Below are positions 11,403 through 21,539 of a DNA stretch of 64,000 nucleotides, in pieces. Within the stretch, counting starts at the first letter, position 1, and the number at the start of each line of letters is the position of its first letter. Source of the stretch: Methanotrichaceae archaeon (GTDB taxonomy: Archaea; Halobacteriota; Methanosarcinia; Methanotrichales; Methanotrichaceae). The notes below the pieces were generated by a model, which was not told the origin of the DNA, searched no databases, and saw only the letters and a program-made list of their open reading frames with translations. The stretch is from positions 160,001-224,000 of the forward strand of contig CAWDLW010000008.1 in assembly GCA_963803145.1 (NCBI GenBank), given 5' to 3'. A program made the translations under genes and the position numbers.

Positions 11403-11840
11403 TCAGATCAGCCCGGGGTTATTTAGGTTTGCCCAGGTTCCGCCCTGTCCTACTCTCAGCGATGACTTTGACTCGGCGTATTTCAGATTGTTCTCCATGC
11501 CCCCGCTGAATGTTATCTGAGGTGGAGTGCTGTCAAGTTTCCCAGAGCTCCCAAGCGAAACCACTGTCGTCTTACTCTGATCTTGACCCGAGGAAGTGTT
11601 TATAGAGAACCCATGTCCGAGCATTGGAAATAATGGTGAGTTTATGATCTCAAATGGGGATAGATCTAGTGGCTTGAATGTGCCGATAGGGCTAGATTGA
11701 GACTGATATCCAAAGGAAGTGGCAGTAGTGCCTGATGGAAGTCCACTAAAGAATGTCGGATCGGTGTACAGCCACATTGTTCCGCTGGAAAGTCCAGCGA
11801 GCACAAAGAGCATAGCAATTGGAATTATATATCTTCTCAT
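11403..11840 (-). CDS. secreted hypothetical protein
   Basis: Signal peptide MRRYIIPIAMLFVLAGLSSG; Ser/Gly/Thr-rich. Confidence 0.7.
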   Translation of the reverse strand: MRRYIIPIAMLFVLAGLSSGTMWLYTDPTFFSGLPSGTTATSFGYQSQSSPIGTFKPLDLSPFEIINSPLFPMLGHGFSINTSSGQDQSKTTVVSLGSSGKLDSTPPQITFSGGMENNLKYAESKSSLRVGQGGTWANLNNPGLI

Positions 11841-11908
11841 AGCTCTAGGGTCCTAACTGTGGGGGATTTAAATGTTTCTAATCATACCCCATAGCCTGAA
11901 AATATATT

Positions 11909-12379
11909 CTAAAACTGCTTAGATATTCTCATAATGCATCCATTTTCGGTGTTCTCACATTCCATCTTCAAGTTGAGATTAGCGAAAACCTTTCTCCAAT
12001 GGCTCTCAGCGCAAGTTTTGCAGTGCTCCTTGGCGATCAGTGTTGCCCCTATCTTGGCAAAGGATTTTGCTCCATCGACCAGTCCGCACTTAATGCGCCT
12101 GATCTCCGTAAAGTCTTCTCCCTCTATTACTTCGATATTGCTGCCGAAGAGGTTTTTATCATTGGTAGCTATCGCCAGAGCGATCTCTCCTGGCTCTGTC
12201 AAACCAAGCTTCTTGAAAGTAGCCGCCACCTGGTGCGCCCCCTGGTCTTGGAACTCGCGCAGCCCTTTTTTGCCTAGTCTGCGTGCCACATAGCCACTGC
12301 TTCCATAGAAGCTTCCCATCCACATTGCAACAACACGCTGCTGGATCTGCTCCAAGGGTATATCCGGAACATCTGTCAT
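11909..12379 (-). CDS. hypothetical protein, V4R/ATC-hydrolase-like fold
   Basis: Probable start MTDVP at 12379; helical N-terminus followed by Cys pattern C...CxxC...C. Confidence 0.6.
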   Translation of the reverse strand: MTDVPDIPLEQIQQRVVAMWMGSFYGSSGYVARRLGKKGLREFQDQGAHQVAATFKKLGLTEPGEIALAIATNDKNLFGSNIEVIEGEDFTEIRRIKCGLVDGAKSFAKIGATLIAKEHCKTCAESHWRKVFANLNLKMECENTENGCIMRISKQF

Positions 12380-12592
12380 GTGGTTACAGCCTTTTCCTAA
12401 AATGATATAATCCTTCCGAGCAAATTTCGCAGTAATGTGAGCCAACATTTGCAATAAATTCATACTCAAGAGGATAATTTCTACAAAAGCAGCTTGAGCC
12501 TATCGAAATTCTTATGAAAAAACTATAAATAGTTGCGGTTACTAAATTATACATATCGGCTATATTATAGTCGATATAGAGGTGATATATAA

Positions 12593-12748
12593 ATGGCAAG
12601 TCTACTTTATTTGGCTATAATATTCTTTATATTAGCCATTATAGCAGCAGCGCTGGGAGCACGTGGAGTCGCCGGAGTATCGATGGATATTGCTAAATGG
12701 TTGGTAATTATCTTCATTGTGCTGGCAATTATATCGTTGATACTGTAA
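12593..12748 (+). CDS. DUF1328 (UPF0391) small membrane protein, not in the ORF track
   Basis: [51 protein letters not shown]; SD gaggtga upstream. Confidence 0.88.
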   Translation: MASLLYLAIIFFILAIIAAALGARGVAGVSMDIAKWLVIIFIVLAIISLIL

Positions 12749-13422
12749 TAGTGTCAATGTTTAAGCTTCAATGCTAAAATTTTTATTTTTCCATTGGTCT
12801 ATTTCTCTCTATATTTATCAAGCTCTATCAAGCCCAAGAAACATAATTATAGCTGAACACGACTCTTGTTAAATTGCTGGTGATCCTACGGCTAAAGACA
12901 CGCTGAAATCCTATCTTAAAAAGAGAGACTTCAGCATCACGCCTGAGCCCCGTCCCGATAGCATGCACAGTTCCGAGAGTATTTTCGTTGTACAGAAGCA
13001 TGATTCCGAGCGGCTTCACTATGATTTTAGGCTTGAGGCGGGAGGAGTTCTCAAATCATGGGCAATCCCAAAAGGGCCTTCAAAAAATCCATCGGATAAA
13101 AGGCTGGCAGTTGAGACTGAGGACCATCCCATAGGATACGCTGACTTTGAAGGCATCATACCTAAGGGCCAATATGGAGCAGGAGCTGTAATAGTCTGGG
13201 ATAGAGGCCCTTACAGGAACCTGACCCAAAAGGATGGAAAAGAATTTTCTATAACTGATGCCCTAAAAGATGGCCATGTCGTGATATGGCTTTACGGCAA
13301 GAAATTGAAGGGTGGATATGCCTTCATTCGCACGAAGATGGGTTGGATATTGGTTAAGATGAGAGATGAGGAGGCAAATTCCTCATATGATATACTCAAG
13401 ATGGAGCCGGAATCTCTTATAA

Positions 13423-14982
13423 CCTTAACTCCGCATTACGTGGGGAATAGATTTAGTTTAAGCCTTACATCTAGATCACGAACTTTCTTAGGAATTTCCA
13501 TAATAGCGTCCTCTTCACCAAAGTCGATATGATATATTTTGCTAAACTCGAATAGTAAATCCATTGGTGTCATAGTTCTATTTAGATTGGCTTTCTTTAA
13601 TAGAGATTCGATTTTACAATATGCGTAGAGAGATAAAAATCCAATAAATACATGTCCGAAAACGCTTTCATCGTTATGTAGGTATAATCTATCTGCATAC
13701 AAAGTTGATTTATAGGTATCGAATAATTTCTCGACAACGTCCCTTTTCTTGTAGAATTCATAAGCTTCCTGCTCAGACATCTTTCGATTTGACAGAATTA
13801 AAATCCTTCCAGCTTTTTTAAAATTTTTATCAAACTGATTTTTATCAATCTCACCTTTATCAAGTTTATCGTAAAGGGTATTACGCTCTTCAAGCAAGAG
13901 TTCTTGATCTTCAAATAGATAGAGATACTTGTCTTTGCACATTCTGCTACCACATCGAATTAGCCGCTTACGGTAGCGAAAGTGACTATTTAGGTGAATG
14001 CGCGTATCATAATAATGGCTATTTCTTTTCGCCGGAATAAGGTATGAGATATCAAGTTCATTTAAATCCGAAAAGACATCTTCTGAGGAGAAACCTCTAT
14101 CCAATATGAGCATCTTGTTTTGGATATCAAATTCAGAAAGGGATTTTCTCAGGGTTGCTATGTCTTTGACACTGCCTGGAAGTGATCTTATCATAGTTGG
14201 CAGCCCAGTTTCAGCGTTACAAAGTAGCACTATGTTAATTTGAGGTAATTGAATTTTATCTTTATTATAGCCCTTTTCTGCTTGACGTATGCTCACAGAA
14301 CGCGAAAATATATAACTTAAATCGTATACAAGCTGTTCACTTTGATCGAGAAGGCCCTTAAATAATATGCTCTGACCTTTGCGGTTGCCGCCAATATCTT
14401 GCATTACTTTAGAGAGATGTTGAGACTTGAGATTAGGTTCAATGGATTCCACATTATAGAGCTTTTGCCATGCGCTTTCAGCTCTTTTTAAAGGGACATT
14501 TCCCATAACTCTCAACATAGAAAGCGAATAAATTTCCGACCAATTGTTAGGAAAACCTTCCATCAATAGCGGTTTTATGTCTTTCATGGCTTCGTGAAGC
14601 AAAAGGGCATTGCCGTACTCGGTAATGCTTCTAACCTTTGTTGATTTTTCAACCTTTACATTTTGGCTATCTTCTTCATGGGACCTTATTAAACCGCGCT
14701 CTTGATCAAGTTTACCAATATATTTTGAGGTCTTTATCGCTTTATTTTGAGTTTTATCCCAATGTGTCGTGGAATGGTAAACATAATGCTTAGCGCCATG
14801 CTGTTTTATTTCAAGGCATTTAACTCCTTTATTTCTTTGATCCTCTAACCACTCTTTAACCCAAGTCTCCATATTCACCATATGGGGGATAAAGGTTAAT
14901 TAAGCTTTCGCTCAAATAAGAATCTAGAGCCGAAATAACCACTTAAAAGCCCAATTTATTCCCCATATTCGCGGAGTTAAGG
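13423..14982 (-). mobile_element. insertion sequence, IS1634-like (IS4-related DDE), 1560 bp
   Basis: TIRs CCTTAACTCCGC...TGGGGAATA at both ends; flanking direct repeat TTATAA at 13417-13422 and 14983-14988; AT-rich. Confidence 0.92.
13436..14881 (-). CDS. DDE transposase (IS1634-like)
   Basis: VYDLS, KGYNKD, PGSVKD, ILDRGF, YKKRDVVEKLF; intact 481 aa. Confidence 0.9.
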   Translation of the reverse strand: MVNMETWVKEWLEDQRNKGVKCLEIKQHGAKHYVYHSTTHWDKTQNKAIKTSKYIGKLDQERGLIRSHEEDSQNVKVEKSTKVRSITEYGNALLLHEAMKDIKPLLMEGFPNNWSEIYSLSMLRVMGNVPLKRAESAWQKLYNVESIEPNLKSQHLSKVMQDIGGNRKGQSILFKGLLDQSEQLVYDLSYIFSRSVSIRQAEKGYNKDKIQLPQINIVLLCNAETGLPTMIRSLPGSVKDIATLRKSLSEFDIQNKMLILDRGFSSEDVFSDLNELDISYLIPAKRNSHYYDTRIHLNSHFRYRKRLIRCGSRMCKDKYLYLFEDQELLLEERNTLYDKLDKGEIDKNQFDKNFKKAGRILILSNRKMSEQEAYEFYKKRDVVEKLFDTYKSTLYADRLYLHNDESVFGHVFIGFLSLYAYCKIESLLKKANLNRTMTPMDLLFEFSKIYHIDFGEEDAIMEIPKKVRDLDVRLKLNLFPT

Positions 14983-15176
14983 TTATAAGTGGGATGACAA
15001 TCGAGGAACTCTGGGAGCGGGCAGGGGGCAAAAGTCCCAAGAGTTCAAATTTAGGCTGGAAGGTTTAATAAAAATAATAGAAGAATCCAGCGGTAGAACG
15101 ATGCTGGACCTATCTTAGACCTATATATTATAACGCAAACATTAATTTATAGCTTATTGGATGGCAGAGGGAGCGT

Positions 15177-15374
15177 TTACCTCTCTAGCTCTCCCCTTGC
15201 CCTCTTTCCTTCCTCTATAAGCTCCCTAACCCTCTGGCCGCCCTTGTGGCCTATCTCCTCATAGAACTCTCTGCCATGGGTTTGAGCTGTCTTCTCTCCG
15301 CCTTTCCTCCCGGCTTCCTGGACGGTCATTGATCCCTTTCCTTCTCTGCTCATTCTTCTTCTCTCTTCTGGCAT
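15177..15374 (-). CDS. KGG-motif GsiB/Em-like stress hydrophilin (copy 5)
   Basis: MTVQEAGRKGGEKTAQTHGREFYEEIGHKGG; SD ggaga. Confidence 0.9.
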   Translation of the reverse strand: MPEERRRMSREGKGSMTVQEAGRKGGEKTAQTHGREFYEEIGHKGGQRVRELIEEGKRARGELER

Positions 15375-15415
15375 TATTATCTCTCCAAATATAAATGTTA
15401 GTTTTACCTATAGCT

Positions 15416-15628
15416 TTATGTTCTCTTCTTGGCCTTGGCTTCGGTGCCTTCAGCCTGCTTTCCTTCCTCTATGAGTTCCTTTACTCTCTGGCCGCCCTTG
15501 TGGCCTATCTCCTCATAGAACTCTCTGCCGTGGGTTTGAGCGGTCTTCTCTCCGCCCTTATGTCCAGCCTCGGCAACGGTCATCTCGCCCTTTCCTTCCC
15601 TCTCCGTCCTTTTTCTCTCTCCTGCCAT
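15416..15628 (-). CDS. KGG-motif GsiB/Em-like stress hydrophilin (copy 4)
   Basis: MTVAEAGHKGGEKTAQTHGREFYEEIGHKGG; SD aggag. Confidence 0.9.
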   Translation of the reverse strand: MAGERKRTEREGKGEMTVAEAGHKGGEKTAQTHGREFYEEIGHKGGQRVKELIEEGKQAEGTEAKAKKRT

Positions 15629-15660
15629 TGCTTAATCTCCTTTTATTGCAATGAGATCAT

Positions 15661-15843
15661 TTATTTGGTTTCAGCTTTTTTTCCTTCCGCAATGAGTTCC
15701 TTTACTCTCTGGCCGCCCTTATGGCCTATCTCCTCATAAAATTCTTTGCCATGGGTTTGAGCGGTCTTCTCTCCGCCCTTATGTCCAGCCTCGGCAACGG
15801 TCATTCCGCCCTTTCCTTCTTTTCTCATTCTCTCTTCAGCCAT
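15661..15843 (-). CDS. KGG-motif GsiB/Em-like stress hydrophilin (copy 3)
   Basis: Same motif; SD aggag. Confidence 0.9.
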   Translation of the reverse strand: MAEERMRKEGKGGMTVAEAGHKGGEKTAQTHGKEFYEEIGHKGGQRVKELIAEGKKAETK

Positions 15844-15876
15844 TATTTACATCTCCTTTTATTATAATGATATTAT

Positions 15877-16035
15877 CTACCTGTTTTCAGATCTTTTCTT
15901 TCCTGTTTCAGTGACTTCGGCTTGCTTTCCTTCCTCAATGAGTTCCCGGACCCGCTGTCCGCCCTTGTGGCCAGCCTCTTCGACGGTCATGGAACCCTTT
16001 CTTTCTCTCTCGCTTCTTCCTCGCTCTTCAGCCAA
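15877..16035 (-). CDS. KGG hydrophilin with a single repeat (copy 2), not in the ORF track
   Basis: TTG start: MAEERGRSERERKGSMTVEEAGHKGGQRVRELIEEGKQAEVTETGKKRSENR*; SD aggag. Confidence 0.8.
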   Translation of the reverse strand: MAEERGRSERERKGSMTVEEAGHKGGQRVRELIEEGKQAEVTETGKKRSENR

Positions 16036-16089
16036 TTCAATCAACTCCTAAACCTAGTTATCCTCATGCATTAGGCTTTTCTGCCGATT

Positions 16090-16313
16090 TCATAGGTTTT
16101 TATCCTTAAACGCTTCTGATTTTCGCTTTTTCCCTTCTTCTATCAGCTCTTTAACTCTTCTTCCGCCGATCTCCCCGCCTTTATGTCCGATTGTTCGATA
16201 GAACTCGTGTCCATGTGTACTTGCAGTCCTCTGGCCGCCTTTTTGCCTGCCTCTGAAACGGACATGGATCCTTTTATAGTGTTCTCATTTCTTTTGGGCA
16301 GCTTTGTATCCAT
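16090..16313 (-). pseudogene. KGG hydrophilin (copy 1), frameshifted in an A5 run
   Basis: MDTKLPKRNENTIKGSMSVSEAGK, then a 1-nt shortfall near 16240-16244; the other frame continues GGQRTASTHGHEFYRTIGHKGGEIGGRRVKELIEEGKK. Confidence 0.8.
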
Positions 16314-17200
16314 GTGATCTCTCCTGGCTTTTTATCACAGACCTAAAGGACATTTAGCTTTGAATTAGCAATAGCATTCATGTTCGCTTGGATTCCTTCG
16401 CTTATACTCCGGGGGTGCGTTCATTTATCTCTAAATCAGCAGCGATTTATTTCATCGGCACCTATACTATTATTACTTCTTTCAATATTTATGTTTTACG
16501 CTAAATCATAATTTTAAAAAAAGTAAAAATTTCCGGACGCATGCGACTAAAATGCTCTTCAAGACTGTTCATAAAATATGAAGAAAGTTAAAATCCCCTC
16601 AAAGTATTAGCGATTCGTTATGATACCCTCGTCGAACGGAAGATGCCCGTATACAAATTTTGGACTTTGCCAGCGGGATGTAAACTCAAATCCCTTCGGA
16701 CCTTCTACGCTTTCTGCCATCCATCAACCGCAAATTCGTAAGTTTTATCCTTATTAACAAATATGACTGTGTTAATCGTAAGTATGGATCGTATTTACAA
16801 TCCTGGATAGTATTCAACATAACTAATAGTAATCTGTAAATTAAATGCTGTAATGATAAGCAGAAAACCGCTACTCATATAGATCCTGTCAGATCAGCTC
16901 ATTCAGGGCAGCGCCTATATCCATCGGTGGATATGTGATATTCAGGCCAATTAAATTGGCAAAACTGGTGATAATTGCCTGCCTATTGTAAATAGGTCAT
17001 CTAATATCGATTATCACTGGAATCAGCGATAGGGTGAGATACTATCCTTTGCCAATTGGGCAGTTTTATAGAGAACTTCTTCTAGGCATATGTACGCCGC
17101 GGGTTTGGAAGAATGATCCTAGGCCCGAGAATTACTCTTTACGGCTGTTATCTACATACTTGCCCCTCGAGTCCCTTCAATCATAGATTATAAAGCCCTT

Positions 17201-19123
17201 TTAGCCCCCATCCCCTCCCGTACCCCGAAATCTCATGCGCATCTCATAAGTCCCCTCTTCACGCCTCTTTTCGATATCAAACCCCATCTTCTCAAAGAGA
17301 TGCATCATCGGCCTATTCTCCACAAGCACCTCTGCTGTGAATCCGAGCAATCCCTGTCTTCTTGCAAGGAACGTAAGATAGGAAAGAAGCTCTGTGCCCA
17401 CGCCTTGATTTTGGTATTTATCGTGAACAACTAGAGCGACCTCTGCGGTATGCATGTCTGAGTTCAGCTCATATTGCCCAAGGCCTATTATTGTCTCCTT
17501 CTCCTTATCCTGGAGGACGGCAAGTATCTCCATCTTCCTGCTGTAATCAACGGCCACAAAATCCTGAAGCCTCTGATGCGGCATATCCTTTCTTGTTGAG
17601 AAGAATCGCAGATACATGCTATTTTCTGAAAGTTTGTAAAAGAAGTCCTTCAGCAAAGGCTCATCAGTGATCTTCACTGGCCGAAGAAGAATACTAAGCC
17701 CTGTGGATGTGGTCCTATAAGTCTCCAGCTCTTCAGGGTACACTCCCTTCTCTCCGGGTATGAAGATCTGATCTTTATAGATTAGAGTCCTCTTCCTAGC
17801 GGCCTCTATCAGCCATGGCCTGAACTTTGGATGAGCTATGGCTATAAGATCCATTGCACGCTCACGGATATTCTTTCCATAAAGATAGGCTATGCCGTAC
17901 TCAGTCACAACGTAGTGAACATCTCCACGTGTGAGCGTGACTCCTGCGCCTTCCTGCAAGGTAGGAACTATTCTGGATACTGTATCATTGAGGGCTGTGG
18001 AAGGTAAAGCCAGAATAGTCTTTCCTCCAGGTGCGAGAACTGCACCACGCATAAAGTCCGCCTGACCGCCTATACCGCTGTAAAATGTTCCTCCTAAAGA
18101 TTCGGCTGTTGCCTGGCCTGTCAGGTCTATCTCCATTGCGCTATTGATTGCAGTCATGAGGTTGTTTCTGGCTATAATCATTGGGTTATTGGTATAGTCG
18201 ATCCTCTTGAACTCAACTGTTGGATTCTCATCGAGGAAATCATAGGAATCCCTGCTGCCCATACAGAATGATGCTATCGTCTTGCCGGGATTATGTTCTT
18301 TCTTTGAGTTATCGGCGACACCTTGCTTCATAAGGTTCACTATGCCGTCGCTTAAGAGTTCGGTATGTACTCCCAAGTGCTTCTTGTCCATCAGGTTGGG
18401 GACAACTGCATCCGGTATTAGGCCATAACCAACCTGAATAGTCGAGCCATCCTCTATTATGCGTGCTACATATTTTCCTATTCTCTGAACAATATCATTG
18501 GGCGCTTTGATCGCATACTCGAGCAATGGCTCATCCTTGTTGATAACGAAATCGATATCTTTTAAATTTATGAATCCATCACCCTGTGTCCTCGGCATAT
18601 TGGAATTTACCTGGGCGATGATGATATCTGCCTTCTCTGTAGCAGCCTTGACTATATCGACGCTTATGCCGAGGCTTACATAGCCGTGCTTGTCCGGCAG
18701 AGAGGTTTGAATGAGAGCTACATCTACAGGTATCAGTTCTCTGCGGAAAAGCTCAGGGACAGCCGAGAGAAATATAGGAGTATAGTCTGCCTCGCCATGG
18801 TTAACGGCGTTTCTAGTGCTGTCTCCGACGAAGAAGGAGTCGAGCCTGAAGTTCTCCTGGAGAGTTTCATCGGTATAAGGTGCCACTCCCAGCGTCCAAA
18901 CGTGGATCAGCTCTGCATCGAAGAATGCCTTGGGATGGCTCTTTGTGTAATCCACAAGGGCATGGATAAGGTATTGAGGCTCGCCGCAGCCCGTTCCTAT
19001 GAATATTCTATCACCGGCATGAATATGGCTGAATGCCTGATCCTCAGGCACGAACTTCTCAGGATAGCTCTTCCGGAAGTCCTCTAGGAATGTCTTATCT
19101 TTCATACCAATCGATCCTGGCAC
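17201..19123 (-). CDS. acetyl-CoA hydrolase/transferase fused to a Pat-type GNAT acetyltransferase
   Basis: HTELLSDG, GIGGQADFMRGA, YVVTEYG; C-terminal YLRFF...AEVALVVHDKYQNQGVGT...AEVLVEN. Confidence 0.92.
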   Translation of the reverse strand: MPGSIGMKDKTFLEDFRKSYPEKFVPEDQAFSHIHAGDRIFIGTGCGEPQYLIHALVDYTKSHPKAFFDAELIHVWTLGVAPYTDETLQENFRLDSFFVGDSTRNAVNHGEADYTPIFLSAVPELFRRELIPVDVALIQTSLPDKHGYVSLGISVDIVKAATEKADIIIAQVNSNMPRTQGDGFINLKDIDFVINKDEPLLEYAIKAPNDIVQRIGKYVARIIEDGSTIQVGYGLIPDAVVPNLMDKKHLGVHTELLSDGIVNLMKQGVADNSKKEHNPGKTIASFCMGSRDSYDFLDENPTVEFKRIDYTNNPMIIARNNLMTAINSAMEIDLTGQATAESLGGTFYSGIGGQADFMRGAVLAPGGKTILALPSTALNDTVSRIVPTLQEGAGVTLTRGDVHYVVTEYGIAYLYGKNIRERAMDLIAIAHPKFRPWLIEAARKRTLIYKDQIFIPGEKGVYPEELETYRTTSTGLSILLRPVKITDEPLLKDFFYKLSENSMYLRFFSTRKDMPHQRLQDFVAVDYSRKMEILAVLQDKEKETIIGLGQYELNSDMHTAEVALVVHDKYQNQGVGTELLSYLTFLARRQGLLGFTAEVLVENRPMMHLFEKMGFDIEKRREEGTYEMRMRFRGTGGDGG

Positions 19124-19312
19124 CTTTGTGATCCTTGCTAATCTATGTTTTCTAGGGTAATTAGCATGACGCGTATTTAGGTATTGATTATGTCCATGTT
19201 AATACAACTTTTATTCGGCGATATGCTAGGTGAAGGAAACTAATTTAAGCGATTAATCATTAGGCTTCAATTAGCAGACAATCTCCATGAGTGAAGGATA
19301 TAGGGTTGGTGG

Positions 19313-21526
19313 GTGAATAGAATGAGGAATATATATCTGGCCATAATAAGCATATTTGCCTTATTGGCTGTTTCGATCTCCCTATTTGGATTAACTGGCG
19401 CTCAGCCGCAAGCGGATTTAGCATCAATAAATAGCAATATTATCGCTCACGCCTTAGAAAAGCCAAATAAAGAATTGCCGACGGGACAAGGCACGTGGGG
19501 CCTCGATAATCAAACTCGAACTCGAACTCAACCGAAATCTGAATCATATATCAGACCTGCAGTTCTAAACCCAAAAATCCATCCTGTACTTCCAATGCAG
19601 CCCATTGCGCCTGTGGTGATCGGCTTTGAGGATTTATCAAACGGAGACAATGTTTTCCATCAATATGCTTACCAAGGAATTGAATTCAATTATCCAAGGA
19701 TTATTGATTATTCTGAGGAAGCAGCTTCTTGGAGATATCAGGGATTTGCACATTCAGGCACAAAAGCCATTGAGCAATGCTATGGCGAAGAATTCTGTAC
19801 CAAGCCCATTCAGATGAATTTCACTGAGGGACAGAAGCACGTAAAGATCTGGGTGGGCTATTCTGATAACCTCGCTGCCCAGAAAACGGTGATAATGCGT
19901 GCTTTCGATTCGTCAGGCGAACAAGTAAACCAGACGACAGTAGTATTCCAGCCCAGCACTAGCCCTATATCTATTCATACACCTATGGAGATCACATCAG
20001 ACAGTGCAAATATCAGAAGCGTAATTGTAAATTTTGCACCTCAAAATTATGGCGAATCACAAACAAATCATCTGGCTGTTGATGATGTCGAGTTTGATTC
20101 AAGCGGACCTGCACCATTATGTAATACTACTGAAGCACCAGTCGTGACGCTCGCACAGCCGACATCTGGGCAAGTTGTAAGGAGCAATGTATTCAGTTTA
20201 CAGGGTACGGTTGTCACCACAGCTCCGCTTGAGAGCGCTACATTAATTGTAACAGGGTCAGGCGGCAGTAATTCGATGAATCTTTTAAGCGACAATACAT
20301 TCCCACGGAGTGGAGGCACTTTTAGCGTTAATGGAATCCAGGATATGTTGTCTATGGGTTCCAACTCGATTACAGTCAGAGTTCAAAATTGTGCAGGTTC
20401 TGGAGAGAGTAGTGCAACATTAAATCTTCAGCCATGTGACAGCACCACGAGTCCAACCGTAACTATAACTGAGCCTAATCCATCAAAGCCAGGTGGTACA
20501 GTCATATCTGATCAGTACTGGAAATTGACGGGCAAAATTAACTCTTCGTCTAAGATAACAAATGTTGCCGCAACTGTGACTTCGGGGCTGCCGGCAAATA
20601 CCGGTATTCATCAAATAAACAGCATCCCAACCTATGATAATTCTTTTGGGGCGATTTTAGAAAGCGGCGGTCGTGAATATCCGCCTCCTGACCAAAGTCT
20701 ACTGTGGCCAGGTCCCAATACTATTACAGTCACAGCAACAAACAGCGAGGGTTGTTCAGGCCAGGCCAGCATATCAGTAGTATTCGAAAAAAGGGTATTC
20801 AAACGCATTTCCGGAGAAAACTACTTCCAATTAGCACAAGGAGACTCCAATGACAAGTATACAGCAAAAAATGGCTACCTTTACGTCTCGCATGATCCGG
20901 GATGTGGCATATCCGGCAATAATGGGGACGATGTATTCTTTTCACCTAATAAGCTCCCGTTCTGGTGCAAACTTGTAGGCGTTGAATTTCACCAGTTCTG
21001 GCCAACAGAGAGGAGACCCGATGATTGTGGCATTGGTGCCGTGTTCGGTGCGGGCTCGTATCTTACTGAGCTCACCCACGGTAACCTCTCGAACGGTTCC
21101 AAAGTGACTGTTCATTGGGAGAATTCGTGCTGCGGCAGATATTCAGGAAAGAACATCGAATACGTGATAAGCTTCATCGTCTCCGTACCAGAAGACTTGA
21201 CGGGATTAGCACTCGGCGAACCTCTATTCAATCTTACGGAAACTCCCGCAAATTCGATTCAGCCACCTAACGGATTTGGCTTATACGAACAGCCCGCACC
21301 CACTGAATCTTCTAATCCAAATCCGCCTGCGATACAGGAACAATGGTTCTTCTTCCAAATGACCAATCCTCAGAGTTGGGTGAAACCATGCTTCCCAATA
21401 GCTGAGCTCGCTCCTGATGAACCAACAGCGGCGAGTATGGCAGAAGCAGAGAATCAACCCTATAAAGCAGAACCAATTAGCTACGAGACGTATTTGCAGG
21501 ATACTACTAATAATGAGTGTACCTGA
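19313..21526 (+). CDS. large secreted protein with Ig-like repeats
   Basis: Signal peptide; IGFEDL domain; two P-x-V-T-[LI]...G-x-N-[ST]-I-T-V repeats; paired Cys. Confidence 0.8.
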   Translation: MNRMRNIYLAIISIFALLAVSISLFGLTGAQPQADLASINSNIIAHALEKPNKELPTGQGTWGLDNQTRTRTQPKSESYIRPAVLNPKIHPVLPMQPIAPVVIGFEDLSNGDNVFHQYAYQGIEFNYPRIIDYSEEAASWRYQGFAHSGTKAIEQCYGEEFCTKPIQMNFTEGQKHVKIWVGYSDNLAAQKTVIMRAFDSSGEQVNQTTVVFQPSTSPISIHTPMEITSDSANIRSVIVNFAPQNYGESQTNHLAVDDVEFDSSGPAPLCNTTEAPVVTLAQPTSGQVVRSNVFSLQGTVVTTAPLESATLIVTGSGGSNSMNLLSDNTFPRSGGTFSVNGIQDMLSMGSNSITVRVQNCAGSGESSATLNLQPCDSTTSPTVTITEPNPSKPGGTVISDQYWKLTGKINSSSKITNVAATVTSGLPANTGIHQINSIPTYDNSFGAILESGGREYPPPDQSLLWPGPNTITVTATNSEGCSGQASISVVFEKRVFKRISGENYFQLAQGDSNDKYTAKNGYLYVSHDPGCGISGNNGDDVFFSPNKLPFWCKLVGVEFHQFWPTERRPDDCGIGAVFGAGSYLTELTHGNLSNGSKVTVHWENSCCGRYSGKNIEYVISFIVSVPEDLTGLALGEPLFNLTETPANSIQPPNGFGLYEQPAPTESSNPNPPAIQEQWFFFQMTNPQSWVKPCFPIAELAPDEPTAASMAEAENQPYKAEPISYETYLQDTTNNECT

Positions 21527-21539
21527 TGAGATATGAATT

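Larger units (their letters stand above)
12963..15068 (+). pseudogene. stand-alone LigD 3'-phosphoesterase (PE) gene interrupted near its 3' end by an IS
   Basis: FVVQKHDSERLHYDFRLE, SWAIPKGPS, TEDHP, YGAGAVIVWDRG; removing 13423-14988 restores ...EPESLISGMTIEELWERAGG...KV*. Confidence 0.88.

Noticed and set aside
15177-16313. Repeated DNA that could be mistaken for a CRISPR array
   Set aside because: The repeats are paralogous coding sequences with synonymous variation and no unique spacers
16320-17200. 880-bp intergenic region as possible ncRNA or gene remnant
   Set aside because: No convincing ORF, repeat or stable structure found by eye; a covariance-model search would be needed
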